40,286 bases of DNA from a virus, in the UHGV virus genome UHGV-0218934; one strand, 5' to 3'. Position numbers and translations under genes: made by a program. Position 1 is the first letter of the stretch; each line of letters opens with the position of its first letter. Below the pieces are notes generated by a model. That model was given only the letters and a program-made list of their open reading frames with translations. It did not search any database and was not told the origin of the DNA. This document shows, one piece after another, positions 26,701-35,087 of this stretch.

Positions 26701-29151
26701 CCGTCTACACCGAGCGCAAAAGACGTCGAAGTATACTACAAGACGAATCACATCGACATGACAAAAATCAGCGGCCCACTGTCTGAAGAGGTACCTGCAG
26801 ATGAGCTTGGATTTTACGCAGATTGGCGGTATGCGGGAAAGGGATCTAGCCGTGTCGTCATTCCGGCCGCCCAGCTCGGAGATGTCTATAAGCTCAAGCT
26901 GGTAGCGGAAGATGTGAACGGCTTCACGACACCGGACAGCGATGCGACGTACCTAACATTGAAAGTCGAGGAAAAACAGACCGTGCCGAGCACGCCAGCG
27001 GGGCTCAAGAAAGATTTTTCCAAAGAGAACGGCTTCGTTTTCTCGTGGGACGACGTTACCGACTCAGATGTCGATTTTTATGAGCTGCGATACGATCAGA
27101 ATCCTGGAGCCAAGTATAACTTGATAGGGCGTATACAAGGGACGAGGTTGACCGTCGGGCGATTGAAAGCGAGAAGCGCAACAATCTACTTGTACGCCCA
27201 CAATGCGACCAAGAAATACAGTTATCCTGCCAAGCTGAGCTATGATTACCCGAAACTCAGCGCGCCAGCAGGGGTAACAATCGATAAAGCAATTTTGTCC
27301 GTAAGCCTATCTATCCCAGATTTAGCTGTGGGAGCCGATGGCGTGATTTTTCGCATAGAAGACAGAAAAATCGATATCGGGAAGAATACGCATTATGCAT
27401 ATGCGAATGCGCCGGGCATCTATACCGTGTCGGCATGCTACTATGATGTCTTCGGCGAGGGCTACTGGACAGCTGAGTATCAGGCTGTCATCGACCCTTA
27501 TATCAACCCGAAGTATATTGAAGAAGAGAGCATCACGCTCAAAATGGTTGACGATACGATTAAGACAGCCGTCTCCGATGCCCAAGAAGCTATCCCAAGG
27601 ATCGAAATCATAGACGGAAATATCGAGACTATCAACGGGAATATCACCGACTTGCAGAAAGCGGACGGAGAAATCATATCTACTGTAGCGGCAAACAAGC
27701 GGACGTCCGACGAAGCCGACGCCTCGCTTGCGACGCAGATAAAGCAGACAGCCGAGAGCATCACGTCAACCGTAGAGGCTAACAGAAAAGCCCAGGACAA
27801 GAAAAACGGCTCACTTGATACTGACATATCACAGCTCAAGCAGACCGCTGAAAGCATCACAAGTACAGTCCAGGCAAACAAGCGGACATCCGACGAAGCC
27901 GACGCCTCGCTTGCGACGCAGATGAAGCAGACAGCCGAGAGCATCACGACGGTTGTCTCAAATTTGAGCGACGTAGATAAAGCAAAAGCCGTATACTCAG
28001 CCATAGCCCAGCTTGCCGACGCCATCCAGCTGCGCGTTACCGCTAATGATTTGGAGGGACTTGGCAAGAATGGCAAACTGATGTCATACCTGAACATGAC
28101 GCCGACATCGGTCTCGATTTTGAGTAAGCTGCTGCATATCACAGCCGACACGCTTATCGACGGCAATGTCATCACAAACGGCATGATAGAAGCCGGGGCG
28201 ATCACAGCGGATAAGCTCGCGGCGAGTATCATCGAGCTGACAAATAGCCAAGGTATTAAAGGGGGCAGCGTCGTACTTGATACGAGTGGATTGGCGTGTA
28301 CCGATAGTAACGGCATGACGATCCAGTTTGGGCAAGACGGCATGACATCAATGGATAAAAATGGCAATAGGTTCTCCATTCTCGCCCAGTGCATGATGGG
28401 AGTGGCAAAGAATGGTCAATACGTAAAATTTGCAAATCCATGGACAGAATCTCCGACTGTCATTGTCACGCCACAGAATATACAGACAAACAATACTGCA
28501 TACAGTACCTCAACAGTAAGACTGCATTGCTATGCAGATGAGGTGAGTGTAAATGGGTTCAGGATGAGAGCCTATAGCGGTATTGCGAATGGTGCAGGCT
28601 CACTGGTAAAGAATCAAAAATGCGGAACAATGACATGGACAACCTGGCGTTCATACAGTGATTTCAATAATTTAAATCCAATCTTTGGCAGTAAAAGTAT
28701 AAGTTTTAATGTGTCAATGCCAAGTAATGCAGGTTCGGTTGTATTCCACGGAAGACTGCGGACAAATGCTCATTTTAGGGAGCCAGAGTTGAAGATACCA
28801 AATTCGACAAAATATCAAAAGCTGGAAGTGAAGTGTAATGACACGGTTGTATACTCTGATATTCTATGGAATAGCGGTGATGGAAAAGTAGACGTCGCTA
28901 AAAACACAGATACTTACACAACTATCACAAGCAGTAGTATCCCAGTCGTACAGGGAGCCGCACTAGACTGTACACTGACAATTAACCCGTGCGTTTTACA
29001 TCCAGGCGATAGTAATGACGGTATGGATATTGAGTTTATACTTGATTCGATTGACTGCAAAATAGAAGGAGAACAGGTTCTCGACGCCGACGGGACAGGG
29101 GCGTTCTTTGTTGTCAACCGTAGTAACGGATTGTACTCTATTACAGATTAA
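23707..29151 (+). CDS. Central tail fibre / tip attachment protein (gpI-gpJ-like fusion) with FN3-like domains
   Basis: 1814 aa; N-terminal I-like glycine-rich segment; NNPIWAAYDI; FN3-like PSTPAGL...FSWD; coiled-coil repeats; GAITADKL. Confidence 0.9.
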   Translation: MIQVITIKNPFENRREIRELYWTGKELTAYVDTEGMDIFMDGHIVDHPDRTIPPDGSQIICTPHIAGKGLKRILGFAAMIALTVYAGNVGGGLWAKAGSFFAKGAIGATLASGAVMFLGGKLINSVFPQDISTPKWQDTESSQSYGWDLPTPSTLAGNCVGETYGECIPAAQLLEQHVETVNNKQYLNLLYCGGYGPVDSIDKIRIDYTDIGNFTGVQLETRLGTNDQKPISFFHTTPLDQSVGLELDIGSPLVRTSDSSLASSLEVTLEWPAGLYHINDDSNFGNATTRFRIDYRKSGADTWTLDKEYTETAATNEAIRKSYQINGLEEGRYDVRVTLLSKPSSSRDQAMVQWTLLTSYNNGVYARPGKVLIAMRILATNQLSSGVPSVSWRQKRNTVWVYNPNQSAYEQQPANNPIWAAYDIMHQCRQLKNVNTGEMEFVHYGCSHENLDAYYEQWKEAADYAFEMIINENGEKEHRYEFDAFFDTAQKRITAAQKAAAVGHAVIIAHGRNYGIVVDRPGHISQIFGEGRTTVSSVKGSFTSKEDRARAVDVTYNDEHNDFKNTMMTVRSPLYNKDAGVDNTTQLTLFGVKRRSQAYREAVTALATSERQLQFVELQTDIDGIVAEYGDIVGYNHAVSRIGIASGRLASATASKVVLDKSVDLDPAKTYEIYVTLSDDTIVKRNVASVTTAAKTAELTVTVPFDDAQMPARFDNYAFGECDKSIKPFRIVSASRDGDMLVSLKLAEYDEVMYATELDYSKYPVIDYSSSLSVAKITSLTAREQSRTIDRTTVPDVAVAWDLSRTGTAPSSYIVQIKSRNSSYEEQVSTKSTAYTFRSVRAGEDYDITVYCIYDAVTTSHETTSLHVAGGAYSENNASNLIVMLVGKGFNLSWQAATGTTVTAYNVYQGTYGDKFDACKLISEKQKAVACYAPVKDAGQYQFYVESIDRDGNRFGQVLSGIGTIAVPGRVTDAEAYTIYRRYQDGSTGYDIVVTFALPSTPSAKDVEVYYKTNHIDMTKISGPLSEEVPADELGFYADWRYAGKGSSRVVIPAAQLGDVYKLKLVAEDVNGFTTPDSDATYLTLKVEEKQTVPSTPAGLKKDFSKENGFVFSWDDVTDSDVDFYELRYDQNPGAKYNLIGRIQGTRLTVGRLKARSATIYLYAHNATKKYSYPAKLSYDYPKLSAPAGVTIDKAILSVSLSIPDLAVGADGVIFRIEDRKIDIGKNTHYAYANAPGIYTVSACYYDVFGEGYWTAEYQAVIDPYINPKYIEEESITLKMVDDTIKTAVSDAQEAIPRIEIIDGNIETINGNITDLQKADGEIISTVAANKRTSDEADASLATQIKQTAESITSTVEANRKAQDKKNGSLDTDISQLKQTAESITSTVQANKRTSDEADASLATQMKQTAESITTVVSNLSDVDKAKAVYSAIAQLADAIQLRVTANDLEGLGKNGKLMSYLNMTPTSVSILSKLLHITADTLIDGNVITNGMIEAGAITADKLAASIIELTNSQGIKGGSVVLDTSGLACTDSNGMTIQFGQDGMTSMDKNGNRFSILAQCMMGVAKNGQYVKFANPWTESPTVIVTPQNIQTNNTAYSTSTVRLHCYADEVSVNGFRMRAYSGIANGAGSLVKNQKCGTMTWTTWRSYSDFNNLNPIFGSKSISFNVSMPSNAGSVVFHGRLRTNAHFREPELKIPNSTKYQKLEVKCNDTVVYSDILWNSGDGKVDVAKNTDTYTTITSSSIPVVQGAALDCTLTINPCVLHPGDSNDGMDIEFILDSIDCKIEGEQVLDADGTGAFFVVNRSNGLYSITD
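27690..27948 (+). repeat. Internal 76-nt direct repeat in the J coiled-coil
   Basis: 27690-27765 vs 27873-27948, 74/76 identical, offset 183 nt. Confidence 0.9.
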
Positions 29152-29165
29152 GGAGTGTGATATAA

Positions 29166-30992
29166 ATGCTAAATGCGGGATTTCAATATCTTGAACAGCG
29201 TGATGCCAATGATACCATTACAAAAGATGGTGTAGTTGGCAAGAATAGTCCATTTGCTACATCGGACAACAGTGGTATCTACGACATTATCGCGGAGGAT
29301 TTACGGTGGCTCAAAGAGAATGTAGATGATGTAAAAGATACGTCTGATTTGGAAGCCATCAAGCAGTCTGTGACTGACATGTATAACGAGATGAAGAACG
29401 ATAGCTCGTTCGGTGAAGCGGCAGCCAAAGCTCAAGCAGAAGAAGCGAAGAAACAGGCACAGGCCGCATTAGAATCTGCAACCAATGCAAAGACGTATCG
29501 TGATGATGTTGTGGCAAAATCCACGGAAGCCAATGATACCCTTGCAGAGATTAAGAAATACATTGGTAAAGCAGAAAAGCTCGTTGAGTCTAACAAGAAG
29601 CTTGAGCAGTCTAACAAGAAGCTTGAGCAGTCTTTCTCTGATTATGTAACGATGGCATCTAACAAGGCAAAGGTTGCGTCTGATAGTGCCACTAATGCGG
29701 CTACGAGTGAAACCAATGCAAAGACAAGTGAAACCAATGCTAAGACGTCGGAAACCCATGCGGCTGAAAGTGCGGCCAAGGCAGAAGCTTCGATAGAAAA
29801 ACTTGGAACGCATGAAGCTAACGCGGCTACATCTGCTTCTAATGCAAAGGCTAGTGAGACTAATGCTAAGATCTCGGAAACAAACGCATCGAATAGTGCT
29901 AATTTATCTAAGGCATGGGCAGAGTCAAGTGATTCTCCCGATACGATGAATGATACAGATAGTACTACTGGTAAAACACAATCGTCAAAATCATGGGCAT
30001 TATACTCAAAAGACCGTGCTACCAGTGCATATAGCTCTGAAACGAACGCTAAAGCATCTGAGACCGCATCAAAGAACTCTGAAACCAATGCTAAGACAAG
30101 TGAGACCAATGCTGCTGAGTCTGCATCCAACGCAAAAGCATCTGAAATTGCATCGAAAACATCTGAGACCAATGCCGCTGCCAGTGCATCCAGTGCTAAG
30201 ACTTCGGAAGACAATGCAAGTACATCGAAATCCAATGCAAAGAACTCTGAGACCAACGCTAAGTCATACATGGATACAGCAAAGGAATACATGCAGAAAG
30301 CCCAGGAAGCTCTTGCGGCGGCACAGGCGATTCAATCCATTGTCGATACAGCAAAGGCCAATGCAGAGAAATGTCTAGCCGATGTAGAAGCAGTAAAAGA
30401 ATCATTAGCGAAGATGATTACCTATCAGGGTTCTGTCGATAATTACTCTGATTTGCCGACGAATCCGCAGGTTGGTTATTCGTATAATGTAAAGAACGCC
30501 GATAAGACACACGGTGTCAACGCAGGAGATAACCTTGTCTGGAACGGTGAGGACTGGGATAATTTTGGCGGTGCTATAGACATGAGCCTGTTTGCTGAAC
30601 TTGGCAAGGACGTTAAATTCAACACTGTTACGGCAACGACTTTCACGGGTAATTTAAAGGGTAATGCAGACACGGCCACCAAAGCAACACAGGACGCCGA
30701 TGGGAATGTCATTGCAGACACGTATCTCAAGAAAACGGAGCTGTCAGGAAAACAGGATAAGCTTACCTTTGATTCGACTCCTACGGCTAATAGTACAAAC
30801 CCTGTCACTTCTGATGGTATTAAAAAGGCAATTGACGCAAAAACTGCTGACCTTTCTGGCTACCAAACAAAGCTCACCTTTGATACGACTCCTACAGCTA
30901 ATTCCAGTAATCCTGTCACTTCCGATGGCGTTAAGAAATACGTAGACTCTGCCCTAGCGGCTCTCATTAGTGCAGACGATAAGAGTTATTAA
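29166..30992 (+). CDS. Side tail fibre (Stf-like ASETNAK repeats)
   Basis: Many heptad S-E-T-N-A-K repeats; YQGSVDNYSDLPT; duplicated KLTFD(S/T)TPTANS.NPVTSDG. Confidence 0.8.
   Translation: MLNAGFQYLEQRDANDTITKDGVVGKNSPFATSDNSGIYDIIAEDLRWLKENVDDVKDTSDLEAIKQSVTDMYNEMKNDSSFGEAAAKAQAEEAKKQAQAALESATNAKTYRDDVVAKSTEANDTLAEIKKYIGKAEKLVESNKKLEQSNKKLEQSFSDYVTMASNKAKVASDSATNAATSETNAKTSETNAKTSETHAAESAAKAEASIEKLGTHEANAATSASNAKASETNAKISETNASNSANLSKAWAESSDSPDTMNDTDSTTGKTQSSKSWALYSKDRATSAYSSETNAKASETASKNSETNAKTSETNAAESASNAKASEIASKTSETNAAASASSAKTSEDNASTSKSNAKNSETNAKSYMDTAKEYMQKAQEALAAAQAIQSIVDTAKANAEKCLADVEAVKESLAKMITYQGSVDNYSDLPTNPQVGYSYNVKNADKTHGVNAGDNLVWNGEDWDNFGGAIDMSLFAELGKDVKFNTVTATTFTGNLKGNADTATKATQDADGNVIADTYLKKTELSGKQDKLTFDSTPTANSTNPVTSDGIKKAIDAKTADLSGYQTKLTFDTTPTANSSNPVTSDGVKKYVDSALAALISADDKSY
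29587..29633 (+). repeat. Perfect 21-nt tandem duplication (SNKKLEQ x2)
   Basis: AGTCTAACAAGAAGCTTGAGC twice plus AGTCT. Confidence 0.9.
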
Positions 30993-31003
30993 GGAGGTAA
31001 GGT

Positions 31004-32794
31004 ATGAGTAAAGTATTAGTAACAGAGTCATATTTGTCTGACATAAGTAATTCTATACGTGCTAAAACTAAAAGCATTACTAAATATAAGCCTAGCGAAA
31101 TGGCAAAGGCTATTGACTCTATTGCCATGGGAGACCCTGCTATTGTTGTCAACAGTGACTCTGCTTGGAGATATACTGTTACACAAAAAGAGCATGAAAA
31201 TATTACTGTTAGTGTTGGTCATGAGTTAGTTGGAAATAATACATCTGGCTATCAGGCAAAACTCATGTTTACTCCTTCCGTTTCTTCTAATTACGGGTAC
31301 AATGCAGGAACAATAAGGAGAACAGCAGACGAGAAAAACCATATCGCCAATTTTACAGTAGATGACGTTACAGAAGTCGATGGGTTACTCAAGGATGGAT
31401 GGGCTGGTATCTATGCCTTTGCTTTTAGTTCAAATTCTACTTCAGTTTCTCATTATTTTAATGACTATAATAACCATAGCTCTAGTAAGGTTAGTTCAAA
31501 TACAAGCATAGAAAATCTATTAATTCTCGGGTATTATATAGAAGATAGTAAGGGAAATCTGGTTGCAAAGACGCAGAATAACGTAGCGGAATATAACCCG
31601 TCAAGTCAGATATCACTTAAGAAATATCAAAATAAATACGCTACAAGTGTTGGTGATAGTGCGTTTTATAGTTGCTCTGCCTTGACTTCTGTGGATATCC
31701 CTAACGCTACAAGTGTTGGTACTTCTGCGTTTGGTAATTGTTCTGCCTTAACAACTGTAGACTTACTTAACGTCACGAAAATTGGTTATAGTGCATTTAG
31801 TGGTTGCTCTGGTTTAATAACGATAGACTTGCCTAACGCTACAAGTATTGACAATGCCGCGTTTCAGGATTGCTCTGCTTTAACGTCCGTTAATTTTTCT
31901 AATATCGCAACCATTGGTGCCTATGCGTTTCAGCGTGACTATGCACTGAAAACGATTTTTTTACGTTCTAAAACTATGTGTACCTGTGTAGGAGACCCTT
32001 GGGTTAACTCTTCTACAACCATTTATGTTCCTGAGTCTTTGATTAATTCTTACAAAGCGGCGACTTATTGGAGTAGGTATTCAGACAAGTTTAAAACCCT
32101 AGAGAGTATTAAGTTGTCTAAAATCTCTATTATTGGTTCTAGTAAAATCAATACCTATAACGGAAACACAAGAGGCACATATAAAGTCCAGTATAACGAT
32201 GGAGTTGTTTTACCAGAGCAAACGGGTGTAACGTGGTCTATCACTGGCAACGCAACGATATCTAAAGATGGCGTTGTAACGTTGAAAAATGCAAGTGTTG
32301 GAGACAAATTGACCATCACGGCAACCTCTACATATAATACTTCTATATCTGCATCGTTGACCGTATCTATTGTCAATGTTGCAACTAGTATGACAGTTGA
32401 CTTAAATAACGGACAATGGGTAGATTCTGGAACCACTGTTGACGGCCATACAATATATAAATCAGATGCAGGTTCCTATCATGTAAATAGTGGTTCATCT
32501 ACGTGTACAGTAACGGTCAAGGGGTATAATAAGGCAACTGTATATGTTCGTTCTTACGCAGAAGGAAACTATGACTATGTAGATGTTGGCCCTCTGGATG
32601 GTACGGTGACTAGAAGTAACGAGATCGTACCAAGCGTGTTAACCACTAGAGGCAGACAAAGTGCTACACAATATTATTCTCACACGTTTGAAACCGATGA
32701 TGGTAATACACATACTTTCCAAGTGATGTATTCTAAGGACGCTAGCGGCAATAATGATGATGACCGTGGTTATTTCTATGTCGTATGCGAATAA
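31004..32794 (+). CDS. Virion adhesin / receptor-binding protein with BspA-type LRRs and an Ig-like domain
   Basis: N-terminal LSDISNSIRAK...KPSEMAKAI; ~4 repeats NATSVG..AF..CSALTSVDIP; VTWSITGNATISKDGVVT; visibly AT-rich. Confidence 0.8.
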   Translation: MSKVLVTESYLSDISNSIRAKTKSITKYKPSEMAKAIDSIAMGDPAIVVNSDSAWRYTVTQKEHENITVSVGHELVGNNTSGYQAKLMFTPSVSSNYGYNAGTIRRTADEKNHIANFTVDDVTEVDGLLKDGWAGIYAFAFSSNSTSVSHYFNDYNNHSSSKVSSNTSIENLLILGYYIEDSKGNLVAKTQNNVAEYNPSSQISLKKYQNKYATSVGDSAFYSCSALTSVDIPNATSVGTSAFGNCSALTTVDLLNVTKIGYSAFSGCSGLITIDLPNATSIDNAAFQDCSALTSVNFSNIATIGAYAFQRDYALKTIFLRSKTMCTCVGDPWVNSSTTIYVPESLINSYKAATYWSRYSDKFKTLESIKLSKISIIGSSKINTYNGNTRGTYKVQYNDGVVLPEQTGVTWSITGNATISKDGVVTLKNASVGDKLTITATSTYNTSISASLTVSIVNVATSMTVDLNNGQWVDSGTTVDGHTIYKSDAGSYHVNSGSSTCTVTVKGYNKATVYVRSYAEGNYDYVDVGPLDGTVTRSNEIVPSVLTTRGRQSATQYYSHTFETDDGNTHTFQVMYSKDASGNNDDDRGYFYVVCE

Positions 32795-32814
32795 TAGAAA
32801 GTGAGGTAATGATT

Positions 32815-33189
32815 ATGTTTGATATCAAGGAAAATAAGGTGGTCTATCAGTACGATGCTGAGGGTGTGTTGCTCAAGGCCATTGTACTGGACGCCACAGA
32901 CAGAGCAGAGAATGGCGACTGGATTTATCCTACGAGAACAACCCCAGTAGTACCGCCGCTCTCCAAGAAAGGCTATGAGCTGGTATGGAAGAACGGTGCA
33001 TGGCAGTATAGGAAGTATGTGCCAAAGCCACTGAAAACCGAGGAGCAGATTGCAAAAGAAGAGTATGAGTCCATGCAGTCCGAGTGTATCAATAACCTTA
33101 ATGTCGCCATGCTGAGGAACGACGAGAAAGCCGTTGCAAGTGTACGGCAGGATTATGCTGATTTACAAGATTATTATGGTGAGGAGTGA
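32815..33189 (+). CDS. Tail fibre assembly-like protein
   Basis: VYQYD...WIYPTRTTPVVPP...GYELVW...W resembles the Tfa N-terminus. Confidence 0.6.
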   Translation: MFDIKENKVVYQYDAEGVLLKAIVLDATDRAENGDWIYPTRTTPVVPPLSKKGYELVWKNGAWQYRKYVPKPLKTEEQIAKEEYESMQSECINNLNVAMLRNDEKAVASVRQDYADLQDYYGEE

Positions 33190-33194
33190 TTTGA

Positions 33195-33380
33195 ATGGCT
33201 AGAAAGAAATTTGTATTACCAAAGCGTTGCCCGTACTGCGCACATAAACTTCGTGCGGATGGTACGTGCCAGAATCCAGAGTGTGTTATTGGATATGTAC
33301 CAGAGAGAAATGAGACAAAAGCCGATGAGGCGGCAGCCTCGGCAAATGCGGGAAGCAGAGCGACGGAGGGCAGAGCATGA
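33195..33380 (+). CDS. Small zinc-finger protein
   Basis: RCPYCAHKLRADGTCQNPEC; GAGGAGTG RBS. Confidence 0.65.
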   Translation: MARKKFVLPKRCPYCAHKLRADGTCQNPECVIGYVPERNETKADEAAASANAGSRATEGRA

Positions 33381-33583
33381 CTTTTGGAGATGCGCTTGAG
33401 CGGATGAAGGCAGGGCGAAAGATGACACGCGAAGGCTGGGTTTGCCGTGATGTCATCTATGCAAAGTACACGCGCGAGGGAATACGAGCATATCTTGTCG
33501 TACAATCAATAGATTGTGAGCCGATGCCGTACACCGCGACGGACGCTGATATCTTTGCCGACGACTGGGAGGCGGTGCCGTGA
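33377..33583 (+). CDS. tad2: DUF2829 / Thoeris anti-defence Tad2 family protein
   Basis: MTFGDALERMKAGRKMTREGW...PYTATDADIFADDWE signature. Confidence 0.8.
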   Translation: MTFGDALERMKAGRKMTREGWVCRDVIYAKYTREGIRAYLVVQSIDCEPMPYTATDADIFADDWEAVP

Positions 33584-33822
33584 ATATCTTGGAAAGACTG
33601 ACAAAAATCGAAACGCAGATTGACAGCCTTGTCAACTCCGTACAAGAGCTCAAGGAGAAAATTGACGTCATGACGCCGGATGTCGTGTCAGCACTCGACT
33701 CGACAAGGTCGGCACATCACAGAATCGACGAATTTAAAAGAGACGTCTGTTGGACGATCGGCATGAGTACAACGCTTGTTGGCATCTTTGCGAGCGTCTT
33801 GACCTGGGCACTCGGGAGGTGA
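33580..33822 (+). CDS. Holin-associated XhlA-like protein
   Basis: ERLTKIETQID coiled-coil, SAHHRIDE, C-terminal TM. Confidence 0.75.
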   Translation: MNILERLTKIETQIDSLVNSVQELKEKIDVMTPDVVSALDSTRSAHHRIDEFKRDVCWTIGMSTTLVGIFASVLTWALGR

Positions 33823-33827
33823 TACGT

Positions 33828-34010
33828 ATGCGCACGTATACGATCAGCACTGACATGATTGTTGGTGCAGGCCTTGTCATAGCCCTGCTGCTATCAATCG
33901 GTATGGGCGGTAGCTGGGAATTGCAGACTAGCCTTGCAAGCGGCCTCACAGGGTACCTGGGCCGCTCTGCTGTAGAGCGAATTAATGACAGGAAGGATGA
34001 TTTGAAATGA
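33828..34010 (+). CDS. Holin (small, 2 hydrophobic segments)
   Basis: GGGAGGTG RBS; IVGAGLVIALLLSIG / LASGLTGYLG; charged tail; overlaps amidase start. Confidence 0.7.
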   Translation: MRTYTISTDMIVGAGLVIALLLSIGMGGSWELQTSLASGLTGYLGRSAVERINDRKDDLK

Positions 34011-34561
34011 AAGTATTTTTGAATCCAGGACATGCGCCAGATGGTATTCCAGATACGGGGGCAAAAAACGCGGAGACTGGTCTGCGCGAATGCGATGTTG
34101 CGAAACACATCGCGGATCTTGTCGAAAAGTATCTCACAGCGGCTGGCGTGGAAGTCGTCGGGAATATCCAGTCGGACAATCTTTTCTACGATTCGGACTA
34201 TCCACAGCCCTGCGTCTGCGCCGAAGCGAATGCCAGTGGGGCAGACATCTTTGTGTCTATCCACTGCAACGCATTTGACGGGGTGGCGCACGGTACAGAG
34301 ACATTCGCTTACGCTCCGGGCGGCGAAGGTGAGAAACTGGCCGAGTGCATCAACAACCAGATTGTCGCCTCGCTCGGTACACTGGACCGTGGCGTGAAAT
34401 TCCGCGACGACTACATTGTGCTCAAGCATACTGACATGACTGCGGTACTTGTCGAGACAGCTTTTATCGACAGCTATATCGACGAGCCGCTGTTAAGAAC
34501 AAAGCAGGATGATTTTGCGCGGGCCATCGCTCGCGGCATCACAGACTATGAGATTTTGTGA
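34007..34561 (+). CDS. Endolysin, N-acetylmuramoyl-L-alanine amidase (Amidase_3), catalytic domain only
   Basis: FLNPGH, E, FVSIHCNA, AVLVETAFID. Confidence 0.93.
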   Translation: MKVFLNPGHAPDGIPDTGAKNAETGLRECDVAKHIADLVEKYLTAAGVEVVGNIQSDNLFYDSDYPQPCVCAEANASGADIFVSIHCNAFDGVAHGTETFAYAPGGEGEKLAECINNQIVASLGTLDRGVKFRDDYIVLKHTDMTAVLVETAFIDSYIDEPLLRTKQDDFARAIARGITDYEIL

Positions 34562-34567
34562 GAAAGG

Positions 34568-34879
34568 ATGATTGAAATGAGTACGTGGACTGATATGCGG
34601 GACAAAGCGCTCGAAGCAATGAAAGAGGGTGCTCTCGATGTCGTAGAAGAGACAAAGCAGAAATTCATCGACAACTTCATCGAGGCTGGCATGCCTGCAA
34701 TTAAGGCATACGCAGAGCTCTTCTCTGCAACCGTGCAGGAACAGGCGAAAAATGAGACAGGTTGGGTGAAGATTCGCGACATGTTTGTTATCCCGCTCGC
34801 TGTAAAGGCGGCACTTGGCGTCGGTAGCGGCGTGCTTAGTATGGTACGAGGCAAGACAAGCACGGTGACAACGGCGTAA
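34568..34879 (+). CDS. Hypothetical amphipathic lysis-module protein
   Basis: Last gene of the late operon; amphipathic helices, hydrophobic/basic C-terminus. Confidence 0.7.
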   Translation: MIEMSTWTDMRDKALEAMKEGALDVVEETKQKFIDNFIEAGMPAIKAYAELFSATVQEQAKNETGWVKIRDMFVIPLAVKAALGVGSGVLSMVRGKTSTVTTA

Positions 34880-34905
34880 ACACTATATAATAGTAGACAG
34901 TAGTA

Positions 34906-34955
34906 TGCTTAGCTCAATAATACATTGGGGATGCAATGTTTATCTCAGTCAAGCA
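34906..34955. other. Putative attP for the serine integrase
   Basis: 50-bp imperfect inverted repeat TGCTT...ACATTG-GGGATG-CAATGT...AAGCA (15/22 arm matches), central GA at 34930-34931, between lysis genes and integrase. Confidence 0.75.
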
Positions 34956-35046
34956 ACCCGACGCCGAGCGCGATAAGGAAGTCGCTGAACTTGAGGAGCT
35001 TGACAAGAAGCGTCTCGCAGAAGAAGCTACCAAAGAAAATAAGTAA
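34936..35046 (+). CDS. 36-aa charged ORF starting inside the attP right arm (possible replacement 3' end of host target gene)
   Basis: MFISVKQPDAERDKEVAELEELDKKRLAEEATKENK* ending just before a terminator. Confidence 0.45.
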   Translation: MFISVKQPDAERDKEVAELEELDKKRLAEEATKENK

Positions 35047-35083
35047 ACGAAAGGCCTTCCTCATGGTGGGGGAAGGCTCTTTT
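35047..35083. terminator. Bidirectional intrinsic terminator
   Basis: GAAAG-GCCTTCCTCA-TGG-TGGGGGAAGGC-TCTTTT between convergent units. Confidence 0.7.
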
Positions 35084-35087
35084 GTGT

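Noticed and set aside
27690..30930. Repeats as a CRISPR array
   Set aside because: All are in-frame coding repeats without a repeat-spacer architecture; no cas genes
29166..33189. Diversity-generating retroelement targeting the adhesin or fibre
   Set aside because: No reverse transcriptase ORF, and no TR/VR pair with adenine-specific mismatches seen
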